Under the pieces are notes generated by a model, which saw only the letters and a list, made by a program, of their open reading frames with translations, was not told the origin of the DNA and did no database searches. Position numbers and translations under genes: made by a program. A stretch of DNA of 64,000 nucleotides from Octopus vulgaris (lineage: Eukaryota), in NCBI GenBank assembly GCA_951406725.2, contig OX597831.1:83886001-83950000 (forward strand), given 5' to 3'. Position 1 is the stretch's first letter; every line of letters starts with the position of its first letter. Shown here in pieces: positions 27,189 to 40,400 of this stretch.

Positions 27189-27719
27189 CTAGCAGAATCG
27201 TCCGGCGTTGCTCGGGTTTGTAAGGGAAATAACTATATAAGCATTTTTAGAGATGTAAAGTATAATAGCCATCTCAATATGTCTAACCTACCCTGATGTA
27301 ATCTCCAGGGATACAGGCATCCAGCAACAGGACCTCCGTAATGCCATGATGGACCGTGAAGTCTGGCGTAGCATGGTAAATTCCATTGTCTCGACCACGG
27401 TCGAACAATGATGATGGCTAACCACAAAGGGGGGCTGTTACTGTAGCTTTTTGCGTTCTGAGATTTAATAATAAATTTTTAGAGAGTTACTTCCCTTATA
27501 TATGCCAAAAATGCATTAAAAATGGGAAAATTTGATGGCAATTTTTTTTTTTAATCGTAGACTCATCGTAGACGCGCGCTAATACCCAGAAGGGCTCGAT
27601 ATGAATCACGACTATAAGATACCCGGTTTTGGTTAAACTGCACCACAAAATGTGGGAGTAGTTAGGAATCTAAATCGTAGGAGACAGACAGCACACAACC
27701 TCACTTTTATATATAAGGA
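27189..27719 (-). mobile_element. Non-autonomous Helitron
   Basis: 5' A|TC, subterminal hairpin CCGAGCAACGCCGG, 3' CTAG|T; same family as 35201 and 47184. Confidence 0.85.
27289..27413 (+). mobile_element. RTE LINE 3' terminal fragment nested in the Helitron
   Basis: Encodes ..RDTGIQQQDLRNAMMDREVWRSMV..*; (TGA)n tail; TSD ATG(T/G)CTAACC; absent from the 47184 copy. Confidence 0.75.
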
Positions 27720-27736
27720 TATATATATATATATTT

Positions 27737-28088
27737 CGTGGCCAGCAGCCGTCGCGGCAAGACACATTTTTTCTCTCTCTCTCGCCCTAAGGCATTTTTC
27801 TAACGCCAGCTCAAAATTTATTCGTCCTGTCGAAAAGACGCTTGTCTGTGAAGTCCTGGTCTTGTTATTATTATTATTATCATTATTGTTTTTACGTATT
27901 TTTGTACACTTATTCGTGTTTTCCGTCCTTGTTTTGTATACATTCGAGGCTTTCTTCCAAGGAATCTAATGCGCTTGGCTTAGATTTTCCTTTGGGGCTG
28001 GCCAGATCGGAGCAATCTAAAGATTAATCAGCCGAAATTGCGAGGATGATCCGGTTCTTGACTGAATATTGAAGGCTTCGAATGTCCC
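27737..28088 (+). mobile_element. Family Y non-autonomous element (related to 44980-45485) with mutated permuted hammerhead at 27940-28085
   Basis: Shares GGCTGGCC..AAGATTAATCAGCCGAAATT..GATGATCCGGTTCTTGACTGAA with 45325-45397; flanked by (TA)n. Confidence 0.7.
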
Positions 28089-28098
28089 ACATATATAC

Positions 28099-28198
<100 letters not shown>

Positions 28199-28261
28199 AT
28201 ATATATATACACACATACAGAGCTTTGCATTTTATATATATATATGCATATATATATATTT

Positions 28262-30175
28262 GGTCCACCGTTTCAACTTTGAACCAAGACCCCGCCGAGC
28301 CAACCTCACTCGGGCCGAATCCATCGCCCTTCGCCACCTCCGCCGTCGTGATGACATTGTCATCAAACCGGCGGACAAAGGCGGGGCGGTGGTAGTGTGG
28401 CGCGCGGACCTATACAGGGAGGAAGCGCTCAACCAGCTTCAAAATCCCCTCTTCTATCGCCTCCTCCCCTCCGATCCCACCTCCTCCTACCAACAGCGAG
28501 TGTCCTCCACCATCCACGACCTCATCTCCTCCTCCGCTCTCCCCCTCACCGCCACCAACCTCATCGTCCGCACACCCCGCACCTCCACCATCTACTTCCT
28601 TCCCAAGATCCATAAACCCTCTAACCCTGGCCGTCCCATAGTCTCTGCCTGTAATTGCCCCACTGAACTCATCTCCCTATACCTCGACCGCATCCTGTCC
28701 CCCTTAGTCGCAGCCCTCCCATCCCACATACACGACACCAACCACGCCCTCCGTCTCTTCAATTCCTTTTCCTTCCCTTCCAGCCCCTCACACCTCCTCT
28801 TCACCTTAGATGTAAAATCCCTGTACACAGTGATTCCCCACAATGACGGTCTCCTAGCCCTCCAACACTTCCTCGACCGTCGTCCCGACCCCACCCCCAG
28901 CACCCCCACCCTTCTCCGTTTGGCTGAGCTCGTCCTCACCCTCAATTGCTTCACGTTCGCCGGGGAAACGTACCAACAGGTGTCCGGGGTCGCGATGGGA
29001 ACTAGGATGGGCCCCAATTTCGCCAATCTCTTTCTTGGCTACATTGAGGCCCAAGTGTTCTCCCAGTTCTCTGGGCCGACCCCCGAACTATACGGTCGCT
29101 ATATCGACGACTGTGTAGGTGCCACCTCCCTTTCCCGGGAACTTCTCGGCCAATTCATCTCTTTCCTTTCCAACTTTCACCCCTCTCTTCAATTCACCTC
29201 CACCATCTCCAACACCTCTGTCAACTTCCTTGACATCTCTCTCCGCATCGATCACCCCTCCAGCTCTCTCACCACCACCGCCTTCTTTAAACCTACGGAT
29301 TCCCACCTCTATCTCAACTTCTCTTCCTCCCACCCCTTCCACACCAAACGAGCCATCCCCTACTCCCAGTTCCTCCGCCTCCGACGTTTGTGCAGCCGCG
29401 ACCAGGATTTCGAGACCCAATCTCAATACCTGGCCCGCATGTTCAGAACTCCGAGGTTACCCACCCACACTCCTCTCTGATGCCCTCACCCGCGCCCGTC
29501 GCATCGACCGCACTACCGCCTTGTCTCCTTCCCCCCGCCCACCCCCGCCCACCCCCCAACCGCACCCCCTTCCCCCTCCTTTTCCACCCCTCTACCCTAC
29601 CCCTTCGTCGCAAGATACTACGTGCCTTCCGTCGCCTCCAGCTTGATCCCACCACCCGCCCCATTTTCCCTAACCCACCCCTGTCCTCTTTCAAACGAGC
29701 CCGCAATCTGCGTGACCTCCTGGTCCACAGCACCCTCTCCCCTTCCCCCTCAGCCCCACACGGATCATTCCCTTGCTCTAGATCCCGCTGCAACACTTGC
29801 CCCTTCATCACCAACACCACCGCTGTCACCGGCTCCAACCTGCATACTGTACGCATTAGGCACTCTTTTACGTGCACCTCGTCTGGCCTTATTTACTGCA
29901 TTAAATGCAACCTATGCGGGATGCTGTATGTAGGTCAGACGGGACGCCGGTTGTCCGACCGTTTCACTGAACACTTGAGGGACGTTCGCCTACACTCTTT
30001 TTCTCCCGTCTCACGCCACTTCCGCTCGGCCGGCCATTCCCGAGATGACATCTCAGTGTTTGGTCTCGCCCCCCACAATGGTCGCCCACTTTCCAGGCTC
30101 CACTTGGAGCAACGCTACATCTTCACCCTACAAACTACCACCCCACACGGACTTAACACAGCCCCCTCCTCTTGA
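28262..30175 (+). pseudogene. PLE reverse transcriptase + GIY-YIG endonuclease, one frameshift near 29445
   Basis: [47 protein letters not shown]; Cys linker CSRSRCNTC; LIYCIKC..YVGQT..R..EH..LEQ..GLN. Confidence 0.93.
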
Positions 30176-33160
30176 GACCGTTTTTTTTTTTTTTTTTTTT
30201 TTCCGGACACACCACCCACACACACCCACCCACCTACCTCCCACACGCCTGTTCACACACACATACGTAGACCCATCTACGTACATACATTCACACATTT
30301 AATCACACACACTTACAGACACACATGCACATACACACACACATACATACATACACACACGCATACATACTTACACACACACACACACACACAGACATAC
30401 ATACACACATACACACACACATACATACGCACATACATACACACACACTCACACACACACACCGCACGTACATACTTCACACACACACACATGCACACAT
30501 ACATGTAGGCACATACATACATACATACCCACACATGCACACCCGTACACTGAATGCACACACACATACACCTTTTTGCATCCAGGCAGCCCCCCCTCTT
30601 TTCTGCTTTCCGGTTTTGGCTGATGGATCCTCGGTTCCCGCGTAGCGGGGCGTTCGAGGGCCTTTGCGCTCGCGCGCCTTGGCGCGCGCTGGGGGCTCGG
30701 TCGGCCCCTTTGGGCTTGCGTTGCACTGCTTGTGCGTTGTGTGCGTGAGCGCGCTTCGTGTGTGTGGGCTTGCTTCGGATGTGCGCTTGCGTATGTTTGC
30801 ATACATACCCACACACTCGCATGCATCCCTACCCACATACATCCACGCACACCTACTCACACACACACATACACACACACACATACCCGCACACACACAC
30901 ACATACATACATACACACACATACCCACTTCAGACATACACACACACAGACATACACCCATACACCCACACTCACACGCATACACACACACACATACACA
31001 CGCACACGTACACATACACACACACACACACCCACATACATACATTACACTTGTATACACACACTTACATTCATACACACACACACCTACACAGCCATAC
31101 CCTCACTCAGACACACACATCTACCTACACACACACAAACACACACTGACACACACCCATACATACATACATCTACACACTCACGCCTACACACATACAT
31201 ACACACATACATAAACACACACACATACACATACACACACATACGCACACACGCATATACTTATACACATGCACACACACACACATACATACATACACCC
31301 ATATACATACACACACACATACCTACATACTCCTATACGCACATACATACACACAGACATACACACATACACACTCACACAAACATACACACACACATAC
31401 TTACACACACACTCACCTGCACGCGCACACACATGCATGACAAACACTCATACACTCACACTCACATACGCACACACCAACATAAACACGCACACGCACA
31501 CACACACCTACACTCCCACACACATACACACGCACCTACATACACACACGCACGCATACACACATACATTACACACGTACACACACACCTACATACACAT
31601 GCATACACACACACACACAAACATGCACGGACACACCCAGACATACATACATACACCTATATACACACGCCTACACACCTACATACACACACATATACAC
31701 ACGCCCACACAGCTACATACACACACATACATACACACATACACGGACACACCCATACATACTTACATACATACACCTATACACACACGCCTACACACCT
31801 ACACACACACATGCACACACACACACATGTACGCACATACACACACATATACGCACACACATATATACCCACACACATGCACACACACACACATACGCAC
31901 ATACATGCACGCATGCACACGCGCACACCTACACGCATACACACACACACACGCACGTACACATACATACATACACACACGCATACATACACCCATACAC
32001 ATACATGCATCCTACACACACATACATACACACTCACACATACATACACACACACGCACTCACTCACACACCTGTATGTTCGCGCACACACATGCACATA
32101 CACACACTTCCCCACACCCACACGTACATACATACACACTCATACACACATACACACACACACACACACACGGACATACATCTATGCACACACATATATA
32201 CACACATACTCACATACATTCATCGGACACACTGCCACCCAGACATACACACAGACACACTCACACATCCACACGCACACATACGTACGCGCACACTCGC
32301 AGGCTCGCGCACACACGCGTTTGCGCCGGTTCGCGCACGCATGCGCCCCGCATGCACCTCGCCCTTGGACCCGACGAGACCTCCCGCCCGTTCCTGGGAT
32401 GCCGCTTGTCGTTGGGTTTTCCCACGCCCGTCTCCGCGGGACCACTCTTCCATCTTCCCCTCCGCTGGAGTCCTTTTCCTACCCCCCCCTTTTTTTCGTT
32501 ACACACACGCGCACACATATACACACATTGCTTAAACATATACATCACTCTTACACACATTCAATCTACTCGCCACTAATACTACCACGACACTGGACAC
32601 ACACACACACTACTACTCAACACACGCTGGCACGCTACATACGCCCCCACCCCTTCCCCTCCCTCCCTTCCTCCTTCCTCCCTTTTCTCACTACTGACCT
32701 TTGTCTGCTATGCTGCTGCTATGCTGACCACCGTCTCGCCCTACCTCACACGCCTACACACAGACGCACACACTAACACTTACATATATTTTTTGTTTTT
32801 TTACCTCGCCTCACACACACACATACACACACGCACACGCACACACTCACACATACACACACATCTGTTGCGTTACCAACCTTGTCTCCACTCTTTTGCC
32901 TTTAAAAACCCACTTTGCTCTTGTTATCGTAAACATCCGCCTTTCACCATGTGCTACTCCTAACACCAGCCGTTTTTTTCTCTATCTCCGTTGCCCGCTC
33001 CGGGATCTTTCTTTCCTCTCTCTTCCTTCTTTATGTTTCCGACGAAGAGCTCCGCTCGAAACGTCATACCTCCCTGCTTCCATTTCCTGAGCGCCTATTA
33101 ATAATAATACTGTAATTGTTCCCTTGTTGTTGTTTTTTTGTTTCCCGTTTGGATTAAAAT
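28262..33160 (+). mobile_element. 5'-truncated Penelope-like element (Neptune-type) with CA-rich 3' region and pLTR, inserted in (TA)n
   Basis: RT+GIY-YIG ORF; the terminal ~390 bp recurs at 49188-49575 (-); HHR-like motif at 33035-33069. Confidence 0.85.
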
Positions 33161-33694
33161 TATATATATATATATATGGCCTGCTCGCTTAGCCAGCGGG
33201 GTGGTATCATTCGAAAGCTAAAACAATGCGAACGCATTGTGACCAGCGATGTGTAGCAACATCTGATGGTCTGGTCGGTCACGTGATCACGTGATATATA
33301 TATATATGTATATATATATATGTATGTATGTATGTATACGTATATATACATATATAAATGTGTGTGTATGTATGTATGTATGTATGTATGTATGTATGTA
33401 CGTATGTATGTGTGTATGTATGTATGTATGCACGTATGTATGTATGTCAAGGTTGGCCAATTGTACTACCAATGGAAGGGATTGAACCTGGAACAAGTTT
33501 TTCAGCACTGTCCTCTCATCTCTAGGACTAGGTGTCCCTTATTTTTCTCCACAGTCATATTGACTTTGAAGCATTCTTAAATCTCGACTTAATTGCCATG
33601 GAATACGTAATGATAACTCCTTTGATTGACTGTGATACTCTTTGCGAATCAAAGATTTTCTTTGGAGATATTTAATATACATGTGATTGTCTTA

Positions 33695-33960
33695 ATCTCT
33701 TATTATAAAAGGCAGATTTTATCTGCCTCCCTTTGGGAGTTATACAAATCTACAATATAGGATTTCTTCAATTACAATTTACCTAGCAGTTTTAAGAGTA
33801 CAATGCATCGCGTCATGCCAGGTCCAGTTTTTAAAATTTAAACTCCAATTAAGCAAAATTTACAGAAAACTCACATTCTGGTGTGTGTGTCAAATGCTTT
33901 TCTTAGTCTGGTTTACACCACACGCAAACGCACACACACAGTGTGCTACGAATAAAGTGA
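33695..33960 (+). mobile_element. Helitron-like 5' fragment, second family (copy at 45769-46030)
   Basis: A|TCTCTTATTATAAAAG start; ~260 bp near-identical at two loci. Confidence 0.6.
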
Positions 33961-34418
33961 AACTAATTCAGTGTGTTGACAGGTAGACAATAGAATGCGA
34001 TGACGACTATGACGCTGATAGATACATGAGTAAAATGTATGGGAAGCTAACACATAAGAGTGAGTGAAAATGTTCTTGGAAGAGAGTAAATAGCCAGAGA
34101 GTAATAAAGTAAACATACACTCATACATACATACATACATACATACATACATACATACATACATACATACATACATACATACATACATACACACACATAC
34201 ACACACACATACATACATACACACACATACATACACACATACATACATACATACATATACATACATACATATACATACATACATACACACACACACACAT
34301 ACACACACACAGTATTGAAGCTTGAGAACAATCAGATACATCTGCAACACATCTGTTGAAAATATTATTGTTCACACACATACATATACATATATACATA
34401 CAGAGAGACAGACAGATA

Positions 34419-34464
<46 letters not shown>

Positions 34465-34589
34465 ATCCAGCATGGCCACAACCTCAAGGCTGAAACGTAT
34501 AAAACAATAACAGAATATAAATGTGTGCATGTGTGAGAGAGAGAGAGTGTGTGTGTATATGTATGTATGTATGTATGTATATATATATA

Positions 34590-35180
34590 TAATAATGCGG
34601 TTTTTTCAACAGCTTGAACTAAATGTCAGAGGGGAATGGGATAAACTACTTATATTAACTTGCTATAAAAGCAGGTAGTAATTTTATCTTGTCCTTATTC
34701 ATAGTGCAAGTTTTGAAGAGTGCATTTCGATTTTAACAGCTATTTTTTTCAAAGCTATATTGGAAGTAACAAAGGAGCATATTTGGCATATTTTGCTTTA
34801 TGAGTTCAATAAAGACAACAACGCAACGGAAAGTACAAGAAATATTAATGCAGTATATGGGGATTGGACAATAAGCGTAAGGCAGTGTCAATGGTGGTTC
34901 CAGAAATTCCGAGCCATAAACTACAGCCTAGAAGACGAGCCTCATCCTGAAAGATCTGTAGAACTCGACAAGGACATCCTGAAAACCCTGGTGGAACAAA
35001 ATCTCATCGTAACTGTTGAGGAACTAGCAGAGAAGCTTGGATTTGGTCATTCAACCATTCATTGAGACCTGTGTGCTATCGGAAAAGTCAGCAAATTGGG
35101 TCAATGGGTTCCTCACGAACTTTCCGAGTCTAATTGCATGCAGAGAGTGAATGTATGCTTTTCTTTGCTGTCACATCTCA
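34590..35180 (+). pseudogene. Mariner transposase 5' remnant
   Basis: HILLYEF..INAVYG..WFQKFR..LEDEPH HTH region, in-frame stop, then LGQWVPHEL. Confidence 0.88.
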
Positions 35181-35200
35181 CCACTACTGCGCTATGTATA

Positions 35201-35836
35201 TCTATATATATAAAACTGTAGTTGTGTGAGTGTCTGTCCCCTTCGATTTAGATTCCTAACTACTCCCACATTTTGCGGTGCAGTTTAACCAAATTCGGGT
35301 AGCTTATAGTCGTGATTCATATCGAGCCCGTCTGACTATTAGCGCGCGTCAACGATGAGTCTACGATTTTAAAAATAATTTAACATCATTTTTTATTCCA
35401 TTTTAATGCATAATTTTTCGTGTGTCGATGGCGGCGGAGTTGGCGTCCACGCTCACACCTGCACCTGTGGGGAAGGGAGTGTAAGGAAATCAACGTCGTA
35501 ATGCGTTGTCAAGGAGACCAGCGTTCTTTTAGAACAACGACTTCATGGCTTGAAGACACCAAAACAGAAATGGCTAAGAAAGCGTCTACATGAGTCTACG
35601 ATTTAAAAAAAAATTTACCATCGTTTTTTTTCCATTTTAATGCATTTTTTCGCTATTATATAAGGGAAGTAACTCTCTAAAAATGTCTACGATGAGTCAA
35701 CGATTTAAAAAAAATTTACCATCATATTTTTTCCATTTTTAATGCATTTTTTGCTATTTTTTGGCTATAACTCTCTAAAGATGCTTATATAGTTATTTCC
35801 CTTACAAACCCGAGCAACGCCGGGCGATACTGCTAG
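35201..35836 (+). mobile_element. Non-autonomous Helitron
   Basis: A|TCTATATATATAAAA ... CCCGAGCAACGCCGGG-CGATACTG-CTAG|T. Confidence 0.88.
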
Positions 35837-36342
35837 TATAAATATAAATATATATACATGTAATTCAGCATATACATCTGTGTATTTGTGTATGTACAAG
35901 CAATTCACATATTCGTGTTTGTGCAGGTACATAGACGCAATAAATATTAGATGGATCGATACATATATTGATCGATACAGATAATGAGCTATTGAAGCAT
36001 ATTGGCGCGTGCAGACGTACGTGAGTGTGCGTATGTATTAATGTATATAGAGAATAAGTGAGATTAAGTGTGTAGGATTGCGTGTGTGTATGTGTGTATG
36101 GGGGGGAGATAGAGACAGACAGACAGACAGATAAACAGACAGACAGCCTGAGACACAGAGTAAGGTGAAATATATGCAGATATTTCACCTTACTCTGTTT
36201 ATCTGTGTTTCTGTCTGTGTCTGTCTCTATTATATATTATATATATTATATTATATATATTATATATATTATATACATATATATATTATATATATATATA
36301 TATATATATTTAATATATATATATATATTTAATATTATATAG

Positions 36343-36401
<59 letters not shown>

Positions 36402-37090
36402 CGCAGGAGTGGCTGTGTGGTAAGTACCTTGCTACCAACCACATGGTTCCAGGTTCAGTCCCACTGCGTGGCATCTAGGGCAAGTGTCTTCTGCTATAGC
36501 CCCGGGCCGACCAATGCCTTGTGAGTGGATTTGGTAGACGGAAACTGAAAGAACCCCGTCGTATATATGTATATATATGTGCGTGTGTGTGTTTGCGTGT
36601 CTGTGTTTGTCCCCCTAGCATTGCTTGACAACCGATGCTGATGTGTTTACGTCCCCGTCACTTAGCGGTTCGGCAAAAAAGACCGATAGGATAAGTACTG
36701 GGCTTACAAAGAATAAGTCCCGGGATCGATTTGCTCGACTAAAGGCGGTGCTCCAGCATGGCCGCAGTCAAATGACTGAAACAAGTAAAAGACTAAAAGA
36801 GTATATCTATATATATAATATAATATAATATAATATATGTACATATAACACACATATATATACATATTATATATATTATATCATATGTATTATATATATA
36901 TATTATACATATATATTATATATATATATTATACATATATACATACATATATATGTATAATATAACGTATGTACATATAACATATATATTTATGCCTATT
37001 TGTATGTCTATGTAGGTACTGATTTTTATCTATCCGTGTATAATTTATATACGTATATATTTATGCTTGCCTGAATAAGTATGTAGAGAT

Positions 37091-37157
<67 letters not shown>

Positions 37158-37452
37158 TATTATATATATACACACACAGAGACAAACACAGAGGTAAATG
37201 TGCACAAATTCAAATATATATATATACATATATACATACATACGTATTTGTGTATGTACGTACATATACATACGTATATATATATATATATCACTCTATT
37301 TGTGTGTATATATGTGTATATCTATCTGAATGTATACACATGAATATATATATACGTATATTTGTATAGAAATATGCACGTTTTCATACAAATATACATA
37401 CAATATATAGATATACATATATAGACAGAGAGAGAAGAGAGAGATATGTATG

Positions 37453-37479
<27 letters not shown>

Positions 37480-37483
<4 letters not shown>

Positions 37484-40400
37484 AAATAATTAAAGGGCGG
37501 GCAGCAGGCTGCCTCGCCGCATACCGGAGGAATTAGAAATGGCAGTCAAAGACTGTTTTTTCCATTTTCTATAAGTGGATTTTCCAAATACGACGAACCC
37601 TGCGGTTCACATACGCAAAAAACGGAGTAGCAAATAAACGAAACCAATCTCTTACCGTTAATGATGAACATGTTTCTAGATCACAAGCACGAAAATAGCT
37701 TGATTTCCTTTATCAACACCATATTCGATAGATTTAGCAAATGCCACAGGCCCTCACTTCTGACCAAGCGACATCAGATAGTGGGGGGAGGTGTGCATAT
37801 GTTAAAACTAAGTAATGACTGAGAACGTAAATTTTCCCTCCAAAAATTCTGCCGTGTGTGCCGCCTGGCCGATCGCAATGGAATAAGAAATCCACATGGT
37901 AATACAATAAAAATGGTAAATAATTTTTCAGTGGTTTTTCATATAACCAACAATTATTTACCGGCAAAATTCCGGTATGTAAATATGACAAATTCATCGT
38001 CAGGAACTTCTGGAAAGTTCAGTATATAGTGAAAATAATTAAAGGGCGGGCAGCAGGCTGCCTCGCCGCATACCGGAGGAATTAGAAATGGCAGTCAAAG
38101 ACTGTTTTTTCCATTTTCTATAAGTGGATTTTCCAAATACGACGAACCCTGCGGTTCACATACGCAAAAAACGGAGTAGCAAATAAACGAAACCAATCTC
38201 TTACCGTTAATGATGAACATGTTTCTAGATCACAAGCACGAAAATAGCTTGATTTCCTTTATCAACACCATATTCGATAGATTTAGCAAATGCCACAGGC
38301 CCTCACTTCTGACCAAGCGACATCAGATAGTGGGGGAGGTGTGCATATGTTAAAACTAAGTAATGACTGAGAACGTAAATTTTCCCTCCAAAAATTCTGC
38401 CGTGTGCGCCGCCTGGCCGATCGCAATGGAATAAGAAGTCCACATGGTAATACAATAAAATGGTAAATAATTTTTCAGTGGTTTTTCATATAACCAACAA
38501 TTATTTACCGGCAAAATTCCGGTATGTAAATATGACAAATTCATCGTCAGGAACTTCTGGAAAGTTCAGTATATAGTGAAAATAATTAAAGGGCGGGCAG
38601 CAGGCTGCCTCGCCGCATACCGGAGGAATTAGAAATGGCAGTCAAAGACTGTTTTTTCCATCTTCTATAAGTGGATTTTCCAAATACGACGAACCCTGCG
38701 GTTCACATACGCAAAAAACGGAGTAGCAAATAAACGAAACCAATCTCTTACCGTTAATGATGAACATGTTTCTAGATCACAAGCACGAAAATAGCTTGAT
38801 TTCCTTTATCAACACCATATTCGATAGATTTAGCAAATGCCACAGGCCCTCACTTCTGACCAAGCGACATCAGATAGTGGGGGGAGGTGTGCATATGTTA
38901 AAACTAAGTAATGACTGAGAACGTAAATTTTCCCTCCAAAAATTCTGCCGTGTGTGCCGCCTGGCCGATCGCAATGGAATAAGAAATCCACATGGTAATA
39001 CAATAAAAATGGTAAATAATTTTTCAGTGGTTTTTCATATAACCAACAATTATTTACCGGCAAAATTCCGGTATGTAAATATGACAAATTCATCGTCAGG
39101 AACTTCTGGAAAGTTCAGTATATAGTGAAAATAATTAAAGGGCGGGCAGCAGGCTGCCTCGCCGCATACCGGAGGAATTAGAAATGGCAGTCAAAGACTG
39201 TTTTTTCCATTTTCTATAAGTGGATTTTCCAAATACGACGAACCCTGCGGTTCACATACGCAAAAAACGGAGTAGCAAATAAACGAAACCAATCTCTTAC
39301 CGTTAATGATGAACATGTTTCTAGATCACAAGCACGAAAATAGCTTGATTTCCTTTATCAACACCATATTCGATAGATTTAGCAAATGCCACAGGCCCTC
39401 ACTTCTGACCAAGCGACATCAGATAGTGGGGGGAGGTGTGCATATGTTAAAACTAAGTAATGACTGAGAACGTAAATTTTCCCTCCAAAAATTCTGCCGT
39501 GTGTGCCGCCTGGCCGATCGCAATGGAATAAGAAGTCCACATGGTAATACAATAAAAATGGTAAATAATTTTTCAGTGGTTTTTCATATAACCAACAATT
39601 ATTTACCGGCAAAATTCCGGTATGTAACTATGACAAATTCATCGTCAGGAACTTCTGGAAAGTTCAGTATATAGTGAAAATAATTAAAGGGCGGGCAGCA
39701 GGCTGCCTCGCCGCATACCGGAGGAATTAGAAATGGCAGTCAAAGACTGTTTTTTCCATTTTCTATAAGTGGATTTTCCAAATACGACGAACCCTGCGGT
39801 TCACATACGCAAAAAACGGAGTAGCAAATAAACGAAACCAATCTCTTACCGTTAATGATGAACATGTTTCTAGATCACAAGCACGAAAATAGCTTGATTT
39901 CCTTTATCAACACCATATTCGATAGATTTAGCAAATGCCACAGGCCCTCACTTCTGACCAAGCGACATCAGATAGTGGGGGGAGGTGTGCATATGTTAAA
40001 ACTAAGTAATGACTGAGAACGTAAATTTTCCCTCCAAAAATTCTGCCGTGTGCGCCGCCTGGCCGATCGCAATGGAATAAGAAGTCCACATGGTAATACA
40101 ATAAAAATGGTAAATAATTTTTCAGTGGTTTTTCATATAACCAACAATTATTTACCGGCAAAATTCCGGTATGTAAATATGACAAATTCATCGTCAGGAA
40201 CTTCTGGAAAGTTCAGTATATAGTGAAAATAATTAAAGGGCGGGCAGCAGGCTGCCTCGCCGCATACCGGAGGAATTAGAAATGGCAGTCAAAGACTGTT
40301 TTTTCCATTTTCTATAAGTGGATTTTCCAAATACGACGAACCCTGCGGTTCACATACGCAAAAAACGGAGTAGCAAATAAGCGAAACCAATCTCTTACCG

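Noticed and set aside
30758-32776. 672-aa His/Thr-rich ORF and the many poly-I/Y/CV/HT ORFs across the window
   Set aside because: Translations of (CA)n, (TA)n, (CATA)n and (TAA)n that lack stops by composition; no domain content.
37960-38022. Second CTGACGA on the minus strand of the 549-bp unit
   Set aside because: No stem II/GAAA/NUH arrangement could be paired with it by eye.
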